DNA from: an uncultured Verrucomicrobiae bacterium
Lineage (GTDB): Bacteria; Verrucomicrobiota; Verrucomicrobiia; Chthoniobacterales; Chthoniobacteraceae
Length of the DNA stretch: 64,000 bases
Direction of reading: 5' to 3'
Assembly: GCA_963836755.1 (NCBI GenBank)
Contig: CAWIKF010000002.1
Coordinates: 1,728,001-1,792,000 of the forward strand
A program made the translations under genes and the position numbers. Numbering within the stretch: the stretch's first letter is position 1; every line of letters begins with the position of its first letter. Positions 8,699-18,424 of this stretch are shown here, piece after piece. The notes beneath the pieces were generated by a model. It had not been told where the DNA came from, ran no database searches, and saw only the letters and a list, made by a program, of their open reading frames with translations.

Positions 8699-10269
8699 AA
8701 GGGGAGGCTGCGATATTTGTAGCACGCGAAGATGCGCAATTCGCGGAGCGGCAGCGAGCGGCGCGTGATCTGCAGCAGCGCGATCATCTCAACACGCTCA
8801 AAGCCGTTTTTGATCGCGGTCGGCGGTCGACCCTCGGCGCGATCCGTGATGTAGAGCGCGTCGCGGCCGATGAAGGGATTCACGCCCTGCTCCTCGGTGT
8901 AGTAGGAATCGACCGGCTGCGCGTTCGGCGTCGAGACAAATTCGTCGTAGCGCGGCCAGAACGAAAACTCGCTCTCGATGTTTTGCGACTCCGGCGTGTA
9001 AACCGGCGGGTGGCCCGTCCCTTCGGCGCGTTTGTCCGTGAGGTAAAACGAAACGCTTGCGGCTGTTTGATATTTGTTACCGATGAGAAAAGCGGGCTGC
9101 GCGGTCTCTTTTTCAAACTTTTGCCGCATTTCCTGCACCGATTCCGCGCCCGTGCGCCATCCGCGCAGGCGCGCCCCGGGATCGATATTGTAAGAAAGCG
9201 GAATGCCGCATGCGCGCAGTAGATCGAGGTTGATGATGAGCACGCTCATGACGAGGCCAAGCGCGAGCGCAGCGAAAACGAAGCGCGCTTTGGCGCGACT
9301 GCTCATGGCCGATTCATGCCAAAGCGCGACCGAAAAAATCCCCAGGCTGATAAAGGCTGGTGCCGTCCAATTTGGCTCTCCGACTTTTTTCAGCGCGAGA
9401 ATCAAATACATGACGAGCAAAGGGAGCGCGAAAAGAATCAGAAAGCGCGGCTTGAATTTCATCTGCGCAATTATGCACCCGTGCCAGAGCGCAATCATCA
9501 TCGCGATGAATATCAGCGGCGAATAAACACCAAAATGCGCGCCAAAAAATGCGAGGGTTTCGCTGGGATGGATCGCAAACGGCTCATTCAAGCCGCCGCG
9601 AGCGCGCAAGTGATCGAGTGTGATCCATGCGTGTTGTTGGTTCCAGAGAATGGGCGGCAGCGTGCAAATCGCGAACGCCGCCAGCATCAGGTAAAAACCA
9701 GGCCGCGCGAATTCGCGGCGAAACTTTTTCGTAGTCGCTAGCACGAGCACGACCGAGAGCAATTGCATCGCGTTCGTATATTTTGCGAGGAAGCCAAGCC
9801 CGATGAGCAAACCCGTGAAAGGCCACCACCACGAGATCGCCGGACTTTTGTCCAGCGCCAGCCAGAAGGTGTAAAGTGCCGCGGTCCAAAAGAAAACCGA
9901 GAGAGGATCGATCGTCATCACAAGGCTGCCGACGTTTAAAATCGGAATGCAATTGATCGCGAGCACGGTCCAGATCGCGACGCTTTCGCCATAAAGACGA
10001 AGCGCGAAAAAAAACAAAACCAGGCTCGTGCCGAGCGCGAGGAGCGGCGAAAAAAAGCGGACGCCAAATTCATTCGCGCCGAAAATTGCGGTGCTCGCGT
10101 TGATGGTCATGGCAACGCCCGGACCTTTGCTGAAATAGCTGAGCGCAGGATGCTGCGCCCACAAATAGTAATACGATTCGTCGGGCGAGAGCTCGAAATG
10201 CCCGATCATGAGCAGACGCAGCAGCGTGAGTGCGCCGAGAAAAACGAAGAGCCAGCGGCGCGGTGTCAT
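8695..10269 (-). CDS. GT39/ArnT-like (PMT family) membrane glycosyltransferase
   Basis: LSPDESYY, KGPG, NEFGVR and LAKYT in a polytopic membrane protein. Confidence 0.88.
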   Translation of the reverse strand: MTPRRWLFVFLGALTLLRLLMIGHFELSPDESYYYLWAQHPALSYFSKGPGVAMTINASTAIFGANEFGVRFFSPLLALGTSLVLFFFALRLYGESVAIWTVLAINCIPILNVGSLVMTIDPLSVFFWTAALYTFWLALDKSPAISWWWPFTGLLIGLGFLAKYTNAMQLLSVVLVLATTKKFRREFARPGFYLMLAAFAICTLPPILWNQQHAWITLDHLRARGGLNEPFAIHPSETLAFFGAHFGVYSPLIFIAMMIALWHGCIIAQMKFKPRFLILFALPLLVMYLILALKKVGEPNWTAPAFISLGIFSVALWHESAMSSRAKARFVFAALALGLVMSVLIINLDLLRACGIPLSYNIDPGARLRGWRTGAESVQEMRQKFEKETAQPAFLIGNKYQTAASVSFYLTDKRAEGTGHPPVYTPESQNIESEFSFWPRYDEFVSTPNAQPVDSYYTEEQGVNPFIGRDALYITDRAEGRPPTAIKNGFERVEMIALLQITRRSLPLRELRIFACYKYRSLPL

Positions 10270-10916
10270 GCGGTTTTCCTCAAGCTGGGATGCAGCGCGA
10301 AGAGCGGCGGCAGCAGGCGCGGCGCGAGCATTCGCCAGATCCATTCCGCGAACACGATGAGCAGCAATGCGCTGCCGCATGCGAGGATGATTGAAATGGC
10401 GACGTCGCTAGGCCAATGCGCGCCGACGTAAATCCGCGAATACGCCACGAGCGCCGCGACGAAAAAGTAGAGCGCTCCCTTTCGTCCATAAAAATAAGTC
10501 AGCACGATCGCTGCGCAGAAATTATTCATTGTGTGCGAAGAGGGAAAGGAGCGGCCGGCAGTCACACCGGGATTCGGCCGGGAAAAGATGACCCTCGCTT
10601 GTTTAAACAACACTTTCCAGCGGGGCTTCTCCTTTTGCAGATCGACACGGCGGACATTGCCGAGCACTTCGTGCGGACGCGGGCGGGCAACGATTTTTTT
10701 CAACGAATCCGAAATCCCGCCGTCTGAGACACCGATGACAAAGCCGAGCACGAGCACCATCGCGCGCGCGCGAAAGCCGCCAAAAATCAGCACGAGCAGA
10801 ATGGTGACCACGAGCGGCGCGAGCCACAAATCGAATGACGAAATCGCCGCCATGAAACGATCAAGCGATGGGCTGGTCCACTCGCGATTGATGAGAAAAA
10901 GAAGCTTTTGCTCCAT
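10266..10916 (-). CDS. PAP2 family phosphatase
   Basis: KKIVARPRP, SFPSSH, SRIYVGAHWPSD. Confidence 0.93.
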   Translation of the reverse strand: MEQKLLFLINREWTSPSLDRFMAAISSFDLWLAPLVVTILLVLIFGGFRARAMVLVLGFVIGVSDGGISDSLKKIVARPRPHEVLGNVRRVDLQKEKPRWKVLFKQARVIFSRPNPGVTAGRSFPSSHTMNNFCAAIVLTYFYGRKGALYFFVAALVAYSRIYVGAHWPSDVAISIILACGSALLLIVFAEWIWRMLAPRLLPPLFALHPSLRKTA

Positions 10917-10934
10917 GACGGAACCCACGAAATT

Positions 10935-11636
10935 ATGGCGATGCAAAGACAAGTAAAGGCGGGATTTGTCGCGCTGGCCGCGCTCGTGCTCGCGATGCGG
11001 GCGTTCGCGCAAAGCGAGCCGGCGGCGCAGGAAATTTTGCGATCCGCGCGGCTGAACCAGAGCACTCAGCATCGCGTGCTCGAAGGGCAATTGCGCACGG
11101 AGGATGTCGTGACGCCGTTTCGCCTCACTTTGAATGGCGGAGAGATTCGCTACGATTTTTCAAATCCGCCGCAGTCGATCGTGCTGAAGCTGAGCGAAAA
11201 TGGTTCGCAGCTTTTCGAGCAAACACAGAGCTCGATGCAAAAAGTGACCCCCGCAAAGTTCGACCAAAAAGTGCGCGGCACGGACATCACCTACGAGGAC
11301 CTGGCGCTGAAGTTCTTGTATTGGCCGAAAGCGAAAATTGACGGCGAAGAAATGAAACTCACGCGCCGCTGCTGGAAGTTGCACCTCGAGCCGGGCGCGC
11401 GCGGCGAGTCGCAATACGCCGTCGTGCTGCTCTGGGTCGAGAAGCAGAGCGGTGCGTTTTTGGAGGCGGAAGGCTACGGTGCCGATGGAAAAATCTCAAA
11501 ACGTTTCAAAGTGATCTCCGGCCAGCGCACCGACACGGGCTGGATTTTGAAGCAGATGCGCATCGAGCAGTTAAGCGGGATGAACTCGCGCGACAAGTCG
11601 CCGACGTATTTCGAAATCAACGGCCTCGAAAAGTGA
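10935..11636 (+). CDS. LolA-like outer-membrane lipoprotein-sorting protein
   Basis: Signal peptide; VRGTDITYEDL motif typical of the LolA-like family. Confidence 0.7.
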   Translation: MAMQRQVKAGFVALAALVLAMRAFAQSEPAAQEILRSARLNQSTQHRVLEGQLRTEDVVTPFRLTLNGGEIRYDFSNPPQSIVLKLSENGSQLFEQTQSSMQKVTPAKFDQKVRGTDITYEDLALKFLYWPKAKIDGEEMKLTRRCWKLHLEPGARGESQYAVVLLWVEKQSGAFLEAEGYGADGKISKRFKVISGQRTDTGWILKQMRIEQLSGMNSRDKSPTYFEINGLEK

Positions 11637-12752
11637 TCAGGCGAGCGCGGCGGCAGGGCCGCTCGTCTTTTCCAGCCACTCACGATAAATCACCGGCGAT
11701 ATTTCCGACGGCTTGATCTCGCTGCGACCGCCCCAGAAAACATTTGTATAAATTACAGGAATGCCGCATGCCGCAAGATGCGCGTCGATCGCGTTTTTGT
11801 GAGCGAGCAGCCGTTCTTTTTCAGTGCCGTGCGCGACGGCCATGATGTTGACGTTGCGAAATTCCGGACCGGCCTCGCGCCAGTAACAGTGGGTCAAAAT
11901 GTCGTGGCGGCCGACCTCCGAGCCGGCTTCAAATTCACGTCCGGGCTGCACCGCCCAGTGAAACAAGGCGTTAAACCGCGTCACACGAACGCCAGCGGTC
12001 GATGGTTTGACGTGCTCAAGGAATGTGGAGAATCGGCCAATAATTTTTCGCCGCGAAAGAGCTTCAGCGATTTCGAAAAAAGTTTCCAGCGCGACGCCTG
12101 CTTCATCCGCGCGCGCGCGCCAAGGATTGCGGCCAATCTCATCCGCCGCGAACTCTCGCTTGAGCGCGAGCAACACCTGCCACTCGAGATCGCTCACTTC
12201 GACAACGCCTGTTTTAAGCATCTGCGCGGGCTCATCGGATTTGCTGCCGGGCTCGATCGTTTTGCGCCGCACGTGTCCGACGCCCAGCGTAAAGATTCCA
12301 TGCGCGGGCATGAGGCGGAAATGTTCCGCGCCGACGACTTGTGCGAGGCTTTCGGCGTGCTGCTGCAGCGAAAATCCAGCGGGAACTTTGATCGTGGTCC
12401 AAAGGCGATATTCACTACCGGCCGTGACGCCGTCAGTCGAGCGAACCACGACGTGACCCGAGAACGGATCGCGTTGAAACATGAAATCGAACGCGGCGTT
12501 GAGTTTTTCCTCCGGCACTTTCCATGCGGCGAGCGCGCCTTGCGCGAGATTCGTGGCGACAAGTGTCTGGCGCACACGGCGGATCGTGCCGGCGGCGAGC
12601 ATGGCGCGAATGCGCTCGCACACGATCTCGAACGCGACGCCGGAGCGCTCGGCGATCTCAAGAAATGGCTCGCGCACAAAGCCGGAAATCTTGTCCTCGG
12701 AAATCGCGAGGATCTGCGCGTTGATCGGATCGGTGTGTTCGACGGGCGTCAT
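11637..12752 (-). CDS. Lrp/AsnC-like siroheme decarboxylase-like protein (AhbA/AhbB or NirDL-type fusion)
   Basis: Two tandem HTH + RAM-like units (REPFLEIAERSG; RNPWRARADEAG); THCYWR motif. Confidence 0.7.
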   Translation of the reverse strand: MTPVEHTDPINAQILAISEDKISGFVREPFLEIAERSGVAFEIVCERIRAMLAAGTIRRVRQTLVATNLAQGALAAWKVPEEKLNAAFDFMFQRDPFSGHVVVRSTDGVTAGSEYRLWTTIKVPAGFSLQQHAESLAQVVGAEHFRLMPAHGIFTLGVGHVRRKTIEPGSKSDEPAQMLKTGVVEVSDLEWQVLLALKREFAADEIGRNPWRARADEAGVALETFFEIAEALSRRKIIGRFSTFLEHVKPSTAGVRVTRFNALFHWAVQPGREFEAGSEVGRHDILTHCYWREAGPEFRNVNIMAVAHGTEKERLLAHKNAIDAHLAACGIPVIYTNVFWGGRSEIKPSEISPVIYREWLEKTSGPAAALA

Positions 12753-12786
12753 CGGAAAAGCCGGGCACGGTAGCACGGGGTGGTCA

Positions 12787-14106
12787 TCATTGGAACTCTG
12801 CTTTGATCCAGGTGAGCGCTTCGTCGCGCGATGTGAGCGCGCCCTCGAGTTGCCGCGTTTGCACAGCCTCGAGGATCTCGCCCATTTTCGGGCCCGGTTT
12901 CCAGCCGAGCGCGATGAGGTCGTGGCCGGTGACGAGCGGCGGCGGGATCAATTGCTCGTTTGCAAACTCTTCGCGCTTGTTTAAAAGAAAATCGTAGTTG
13001 CTGATGTCGCCGTGGCTGCTCGCGCAATCGACGCGATGGAGTTCCATTTCTTCGCCGAAGTGCGGACGCGACATGAACCGTTTTAATTTCGCGACGCGCA
13101 TTTTTTGCACGTCTTTGAAAACCATGTGCTGATCGACCGCCTCCACCACCGCATCGATTTCGTCGCGTGAAAAACGGAGGCGCTCCATCAGCTCGCGCGT
13201 CATCTGCGCACCGACTTTGTCGTGACCGCTGAAGCGAATTCGCTGGTCGCGCTCGTCCCAGGAAAAAGTTTTCGGCTTGCCGATATCGTGAAACAAAACG
13301 GCAAAGACGAGGTGCAGGGGAACATGCTCTGGCAGCATCTCGAGCATACGGCGGGTGTGCGTGAAGACATCGCCTTCGGGGTGAAATTGCGGCGGCTGCT
13401 CGCATCCTTTGAGCGCGGCGATCTCCGGCAAAATTTCCTGCATGAGCCCGCTCTCGTGAAGCAAATCAAAACCACGCACACGCGCGGGCGAAAGAAAAAT
13501 TCGCACGAGTTCCTCGCGAATTCGCTCGGCGCTAACGACGGAAATTTGACGCGCATTTTCGCGCAAAGCATTCCACGTTTCCGTTTCCATTTCGTAGCCG
13601 AGCGTCGCCGCGAAACGGACGGCGCGCAGCATCCGGAGCCGATCTTCGCAAAATCGATCAGCAGGATTCCCGATCGCGCGCAAAATTTTCGCGTCCAGAT
13701 CCGCACGGCCGTTGACGAAATCGATGACCTCGTTTTTCAGCGGATCAAAGAACATTCCGTTGACGGTAAAGTCGCGGCGTTTGGCATCCTGCTGCGGCGA
13801 GGAATATGTGACGGCGGTTGGATGACGCCCGTCAATGTATGCGCCGTCGGAGCGAAACGTGGCGACCTGAAATTCCGCGCCGCGCTCGATCACGCAGATG
13901 ACGCCGAACTGCGCGCCGACCGCAACGGTGCGGGAAAAATGCGCGCGCACTTCGTCGGGCTGCGCGCTGGTGGCGATGTCAAAATCTGCCGGCGCGACGC
14001 CTCGCAATGCGTCACGCACGCAACCGCCGGCGTAAAGCGCGATGAACCCAGCGCCTTGCAGCTTCGCGACGATGTCGCGTGCGATGGGCTCGAGCGGGAC
14101 TGACAT
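12787..14106 (-). CDS. cca: CCA tRNA nucleotidyltransferase with HD domain
   Basis: GGCVRD, DFDIAT, RRDFTVN, EDRLRMLRAVRF, HPEGDV, HDIGK. Confidence 0.9.
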   Translation of the reverse strand: MSVPLEPIARDIVAKLQGAGFIALYAGGCVRDALRGVAPADFDIATSAQPDEVRAHFSRTVAVGAQFGVICVIERGAEFQVATFRSDGAYIDGRHPTAVTYSSPQQDAKRRDFTVNGMFFDPLKNEVIDFVNGRADLDAKILRAIGNPADRFCEDRLRMLRAVRFAATLGYEMETETWNALRENARQISVVSAERIREELVRIFLSPARVRGFDLLHESGLMQEILPEIAALKGCEQPPQFHPEGDVFTHTRRMLEMLPEHVPLHLVFAVLFHDIGKPKTFSWDERDQRIRFSGHDKVGAQMTRELMERLRFSRDEIDAVVEAVDQHMVFKDVQKMRVAKLKRFMSRPHFGEEMELHRVDCASSHGDISNYDFLLNKREEFANEQLIPPPLVTGHDLIALGWKPGPKMGEILEAVQTRQLEGALTSRDEALTWIKAEFQ

Positions 14107-14140
14107 TCAGGACTTTTGCGCCATCACGAAACGCATTCCA

Positions 14141-14190
14141 CAACAAAAGAAACTGCCGCTGACCTTCGCGAATAGGAAGATCAGCGGCAG
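14141..14190 (-). terminator. Intrinsic terminator after the 14.2-14.9 kb gene pair
   Basis: Minus strand: ctgccgctgatcttc-loop-gaaggtcagcggcag followed by tttcttttgttg. Confidence 0.7.
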
Positions 14191-14210
14191 CGACGGTTGG
14201 TTGTTAAACT

Positions 14211-14597
14211 TTACGGAGAAACTGCCGGAGAAGCCGCGGCTGCAGCGCCGGGCGCGGGAGCTTGCTGCTGGATTTTATATTTGTCCACGATGGCTTTTGC
14301 ATCGGCATCGCCGGAATGAGCGAGCGCGAGAAGATCGGTGACGAGCGCTTGAAGTTTGCCTTGCACCGCGCGGGATTGCGCGAGGAGTTGCTCGTTTTGC
14401 GGTGCACTTTGCGTGAAGGCGTTTTCCATTCGCTCGCGGTTTTGTTTCACGTTGGAGCGCTGCTCGATGATGTTTGTGAGCTGCCAGATCAGCACGATGG
14501 CAAAGCTGATGGAAAGGATCGCAAGCGGCCAGAAGGCGCTGTTGACGGCGACGGCGACGTATTCGGCGCTGGGGGTGGAATCGTATTCTTCGTTCAT
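14211..14597 (-). CDS. Hypothetical single-TM coiled-coil protein
   Basis: Hydrophobic segment, Q/E-rich helix and Ala/Pro tail; ATGA overlap with the upstream gene. Confidence 0.75.
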   Translation of the reverse strand: MNEEYDSTPSAEYVAVAVNSAFWPLAILSISFAIVLIWQLTNIIEQRSNVKQNRERMENAFTQSAPQNEQLLAQSRAVQGKLQALVTDLLALAHSGDADAKAIVDKYKIQQQAPAPGAAAAASPAVSP

Positions 14598-14926
14598 GGG
14601 TTGGCTGGGGAAGCTGAAGACGAGGTGGATGGGCTCGGCGCGGCCTGGACGTTGTAACCGTTTTTGGTGAGCACGTCTTTGATCTTTGAATTTTTGGTGG
14701 AAGCTGCGGCCATGTCTTGCAAAATGGCGCCGCCGACGCGGTCGCTGAGAGAGCCTTTTTGCACTTCGGCCTGTTGCTTCTGGAGATCGATTTGGATTTC
14801 ACTCTGCCGTTTTTGAAAATCGAGCAGGGTCTGTTGGCTGGATTGTCCCAGCACCACGGCGCAGATGCTTAGGATCAAGCAAAGCGCGGTGAGTGCGGTG
14901 ACAATGTAGTATTGGGTGGACTTCAT
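14594..14926 (-). CDS. Hypothetical single-TM coiled-coil protein
   Basis: N-terminal TM, Q-rich helix and Ser/Pro tail. Confidence 0.75.
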   Translation of the reverse strand: MKSTQYYIVTALTALCLILSICAVVLGQSSQQTLLDFQKRQSEIQIDLQKQQAEVQKGSLSDRVGGAILQDMAAASTKNSKIKDVLTKNGYNVQAAPSPSTSSSASPANP

Positions 14927-14960
14927 TCAGCGGACATTTGCGGAGAGGCGCGAACGTCCG

Positions 14961-16133
14961 TCAAGCTTGAATCAGCGTCGCCGCTTCCGCGCGCGATTGC
15001 GGCGCGGCGCATGACTGCCGCTCGACGAGTCGGACGGGCAGCACGATTTTTTTTGCGTGCAGCAAGCCTTCTTCCTTCGCCAGAACGCGTCGCTCGATTT
15101 CGGCCACTGCCGCGGCGCCGATTTCCTCCGCAGGCACGTGGATCGTCGTCAGCGGCGGAAAAACGTAGTTTGCAAATGCATCATCGGAGCAGCCGAGGAC
15201 GCTGATTTCCTCCGGCACTTTGAGCCCTCTGCTTTGCAAAAGCGCGAGCGCGCCGGTGGCCGCGTTGTCATTGAGGCAAAGGATTGCGGTCGGAACCGGC
15301 GTCCGTTTCAGCAGAACTTCCGCGGCGCGAAATCCATTCTGAAAAGTGAGATCTCCGTAGATGATGTTTTGCGCCTCGATCGGGATCTGCGCCGCATCAT
15401 ATGCGGTGCGGACACCGCGGTTGAGCTCGATGATTTCCTGATCGATCGAGCCAAATGGCCCGGACAAAATCGCGATGTGCTCGTGCCCGAGTTTGAACAA
15501 ATATTCCACCGCGAGCCGCGAGGCCTCAGCGCTGTCCGGCAAGATGCTGCTCACGCCGTCGAGCACGACATCGTGCCCGACCGAAATCACCGGAAAACCG
15601 CGCCGGAGAATGGTGTGGAAAAGTGAAAGATTCGGTTTGCCGAGGCAGATAAACTTTGACGCCGTGCCAGCGCGCACCGGCAAAGGCGCTTTGTCGGGAA
15701 GCTCCATGTAATCAGCCTTCGCATCGAATCGCGCGACGACGACCGCGTGCGAAGGATCCTCCGTCGCCGCCATCACGCCATTGAGCAGACGCGCAAAAAC
15801 AGGGTCGTTCAGACCGTCGCCGATTTCGTTCGAAGCGAGCACGACCGTCTCGCCCCGCTCGGGATACATGCGCACGACCGCGCGCAAATCATTCGGGATG
15901 TATCCGAGTTCGCGGCAGGCTTTGAAGACGCGGTCGCGTGTCTTTTCACTCACACGAATGCCGTAATCGCGATCATTCAACAGCGACGAAATCGCTCCTT
16001 GCGAAACGCCCGCCAGCTTCGCGATGTCCGCCATCGTGATCGTCTTGTGATAATCGTGCCGCGCCGGATTTTTTTCTAGTTCCGCATCGCCCTGCGGCAT
16101 CCCTGAAAAGCCGCCACCGTTATTCGGATTCAT
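14961..16133 (-). CDS. LacI family transcriptional regulator
   Basis: TMADIAKLAGVSQGAIS HTH, ELGYIPN, PTAILCLND, PPLTTI, LVERQS. Confidence 0.95.
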   Translation of the reverse strand: MNPNNGGGFSGMPQGDAELEKNPARHDYHKTITMADIAKLAGVSQGAISSLLNDRDYGIRVSEKTRDRVFKACRELGYIPNDLRAVVRMYPERGETVVLASNEIGDGLNDPVFARLLNGVMAATEDPSHAVVVARFDAKADYMELPDKAPLPVRAGTASKFICLGKPNLSLFHTILRRGFPVISVGHDVVLDGVSSILPDSAEASRLAVEYLFKLGHEHIAILSGPFGSIDQEIIELNRGVRTAYDAAQIPIEAQNIIYGDLTFQNGFRAAEVLLKRTPVPTAILCLNDNAATGALALLQSRGLKVPEEISVLGCSDDAFANYVFPPLTTIHVPAEEIGAAAVAEIERRVLAKEEGLLHAKKIVLPVRLVERQSCAAPQSRAEAATLIQA

Positions 16134-16272
16134 TCGAGGGATTAACTACTGGATGAAAAAGATTGCGCAAGCGAAAAGCCCGCGTCTCGCAGGGGATTGC
16201 CAGCAGCGTGCGGCTCGTCCATTTTGGGGGCATGACGCGCTGCCGCCATTCCACGTTTCTTGCGGTGCAAAG

Positions 16273-17154
16273 ATGAAAGGCGAGCTGCTCGGCGCACACA
16301 TGTCCACGGCCGGCGGCTTTGACAAAGCCATTGACCGCGCCCTCTCCATCGGCTGCACCGCTACGCAATTTTTCGTCAAAAATAACATGCAGTGGTTTGC
16401 CGCCCCGCTCGCCGAAAAAGATTCCGGCGCATTCCGCGATCATCCGCGTCGCGCCGAGCTTGCGGCCGTTTTCGGCCACGCCGGCTACATGATCAATCTC
16501 GCGGCGACCAATCCCGACTTTCACGCAAAATCTCTTCGCGCGCTCCGCGAGGAACTCGTCCGCGCCGATCAGCTCGGGCTGCCATTCCTCGTGATGCATC
16601 CCGGCGCGCACATGGGCGCGGGCGTCGATGCCGGCCTCGAAAAAGTCGTCGCGAGCATCGACGAAGTTTATCGCGCGCTGCCGAAAAACCGCACCCGCAT
16701 CGCGCTTGAAATCACGGCGGGGCAGGGGACCTCGCTCGGTCACACGTTTGAGCATCTCGCATTCATCATCGCCCACGCGAGCGAGCCGGAGCGCCTCTGC
16801 GTCTGCCTCGACACCGCGCATCTTTTTGCCGCCGGCTACGATATTTCCACCGCCATAGGCATGGAGAAAACTTTCGCGCAATTCGACAAAATCATCGGCC
16901 GCGAACGCCTCGCCGCCTTTCACCTCAATGATTCAAAGACCGCGCTCAACTCGCGCGTCGACCGGCACGATCAAATCGGCGCCGGCAAAATTGGGCTCGA
17001 GCCATTTCGCTTCATCATGAATCAGCCGCGGTTTCGCAAAATCCCGAAAGTGCTCGAGACGCCGAAGGGGAAAGAAATGCGGGAGGACGTGGAAAATCTC
17101 GCGACGCTGCGCGGCCTCGTCACAGCGGCTCGATCGAGTCCAGCCCGGTCGTAA
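16273..17154 (+). CDS. nfo: Endonuclease IV
   Basis: LGAHMS, HAGYMINLA, MHPG, CLDTAH, HLNDS, DRH, LETP. Confidence 0.95.
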   Translation: MKGELLGAHMSTAGGFDKAIDRALSIGCTATQFFVKNNMQWFAAPLAEKDSGAFRDHPRRAELAAVFGHAGYMINLAATNPDFHAKSLRALREELVRADQLGLPFLVMHPGAHMGAGVDAGLEKVVASIDEVYRALPKNRTRIALEITAGQGTSLGHTFEHLAFIIAHASEPERLCVCLDTAHLFAAGYDISTAIGMEKTFAQFDKIIGRERLAAFHLNDSKTALNSRVDRHDQIGAGKIGLEPFRFIMNQPRFRKIPKVLETPKGKEMREDVENLATLRGLVTAARSSPARS

Positions 17155-18424
17155 TCGTCCACGCATCCGCGAGCGGCAACCGCTTTTGCTCGTGGCCATA
17201 ACCCCACGAATCGGAGTAAATAATTTCGTCCGTCTTCGCATTGTAGCCGATGATCAGGCGCATGTGCCCGCCCTTCGCCTGCGGCGCTTTTTCCTCCGGC
17301 ACGATGCCAAGCTGGACCGACCAGAGCAGCGGCAATCCTTCATCGATGTGCGCCTGCACTTCGCGTAAAAAGCGGTCCGATTCTGATTTATTCCGGGTGC
17401 GCACCTCGCGCAAAATATCCGGCTCCATTTGCGCGTAGATCGCCGGCACATCGAGCATGTGGCTCGACGTGTCGATTTCCGTCGCGCGTTTCCCGCGCTT
17501 CGCCGCGCGGTTGTATTCCGCGATGAGCGCGAGGAAATGCCTCACGTCAAAAGTCTCGATCGTGCGGATTTTTACCCGCAGCCGATTGCTCAATTTTTTC
17601 AGCGCATCGAACATCGCCTCATTGCTGGTGCCGCCGTGCGCGCTGGAGTTCGCGATCTCCGCCAGCTCATGTTCGTCCACCTGCGCGCCGTAATAACGCA
17701 TCACGCGCTCCGCGCTCGCGACCACGCAATATCCTTTTTGTCCTTGGTCCACCATCGGCACGCCGGTGAGCACGACATCGCCCGAAGCATCGCGCTTGAT
17801 GTGCTCCATCCCGTTGAACTTTTGCGGCTTGCTCGTCGCTAGGGCTGATGCCAGCAGGCTTTGCGCCCTTTCTGCCGGCGAAATCTCGAGCCGCATAAAC
17901 TCCGCGCGATACGGAATATTCCGCGTCTTCACTTCGCGCGTGAAGGAATATTCGAGCAAAAATTTCGACGCGCTGCTTTGCCAGATTACGCCGTCGGCCC
18001 TCACCGCGTTGGTCGCGTCTTTGCCCCGCACCGTCGGCTGCGCACCGCTGGCAGCCGTCAACTTTTCCACACAACTTTTCAGCAGCGCCTCAAATTTTTC
18101 GCGCGGCATTTCGCCCGCGTCGCCGCGATTGAAAAGCGAAACGGTAATTTCCTGTAGCTTCCCTTTTTCAAAATGCGCGAGCGTTTGATACACCGGATTT
18201 CCGAAAAGCGTCAGCCCAGCCCGCGTCGTCTGCGCCGTGTCATTGGCCACCGAAACCCATTGAAAACCGAGGTCGCGTGTCTGCTCCGCAAAATCCGACG
18301 GCGTCATTTGCCAAAGGTCCGCGCGACTGATCAACGGGTCGAGCGGATCCGCCTGCGCGACGCGCGCGAGCAAGAAAACGGCGAGCGCCGCTACGCAACG
18401 GACGGCTGCTGTTGTGTTAAACAA
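17120..18424 (-). CDS. Secreted protein with C-terminal C39-like peptidase domain (start uncertain)
   Basis: Signal-like segment; VPMVDQGQKGYCVVAS, GHMRLIIGY and YSDSWG (Cys/His/Asp). Confidence 0.75.
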   Translation of the reverse strand: MFNTTAAVRCVAALAVFLLARVAQADPLDPLISRADLWQMTPSDFAEQTRDLGFQWVSVANDTAQTTRAGLTLFGNPVYQTLAHFEKGKLQEITVSLFNRGDAGEMPREKFEALLKSCVEKLTAASGAQPTVRGKDATNAVRADGVIWQSSASKFLLEYSFTREVKTRNIPYRAEFMRLEISPAERAQSLLASALATSKPQKFNGMEHIKRDASGDVVLTGVPMVDQGQKGYCVVASAERVMRYYGAQVDEHELAEIANSSAHGGTSNEAMFDALKKLSNRLRVKIRTIETFDVRHFLALIAEYNRAAKRGKRATEIDTSSHMLDVPAIYAQMEPDILREVRTRNKSESDRFLREVQAHIDEGLPLLWSVQLGIVPEEKAPQAKGGHMRLIIGYNAKTDEIIYSDSWGYGHEQKRLPLADAWTITTGLDSIEPL

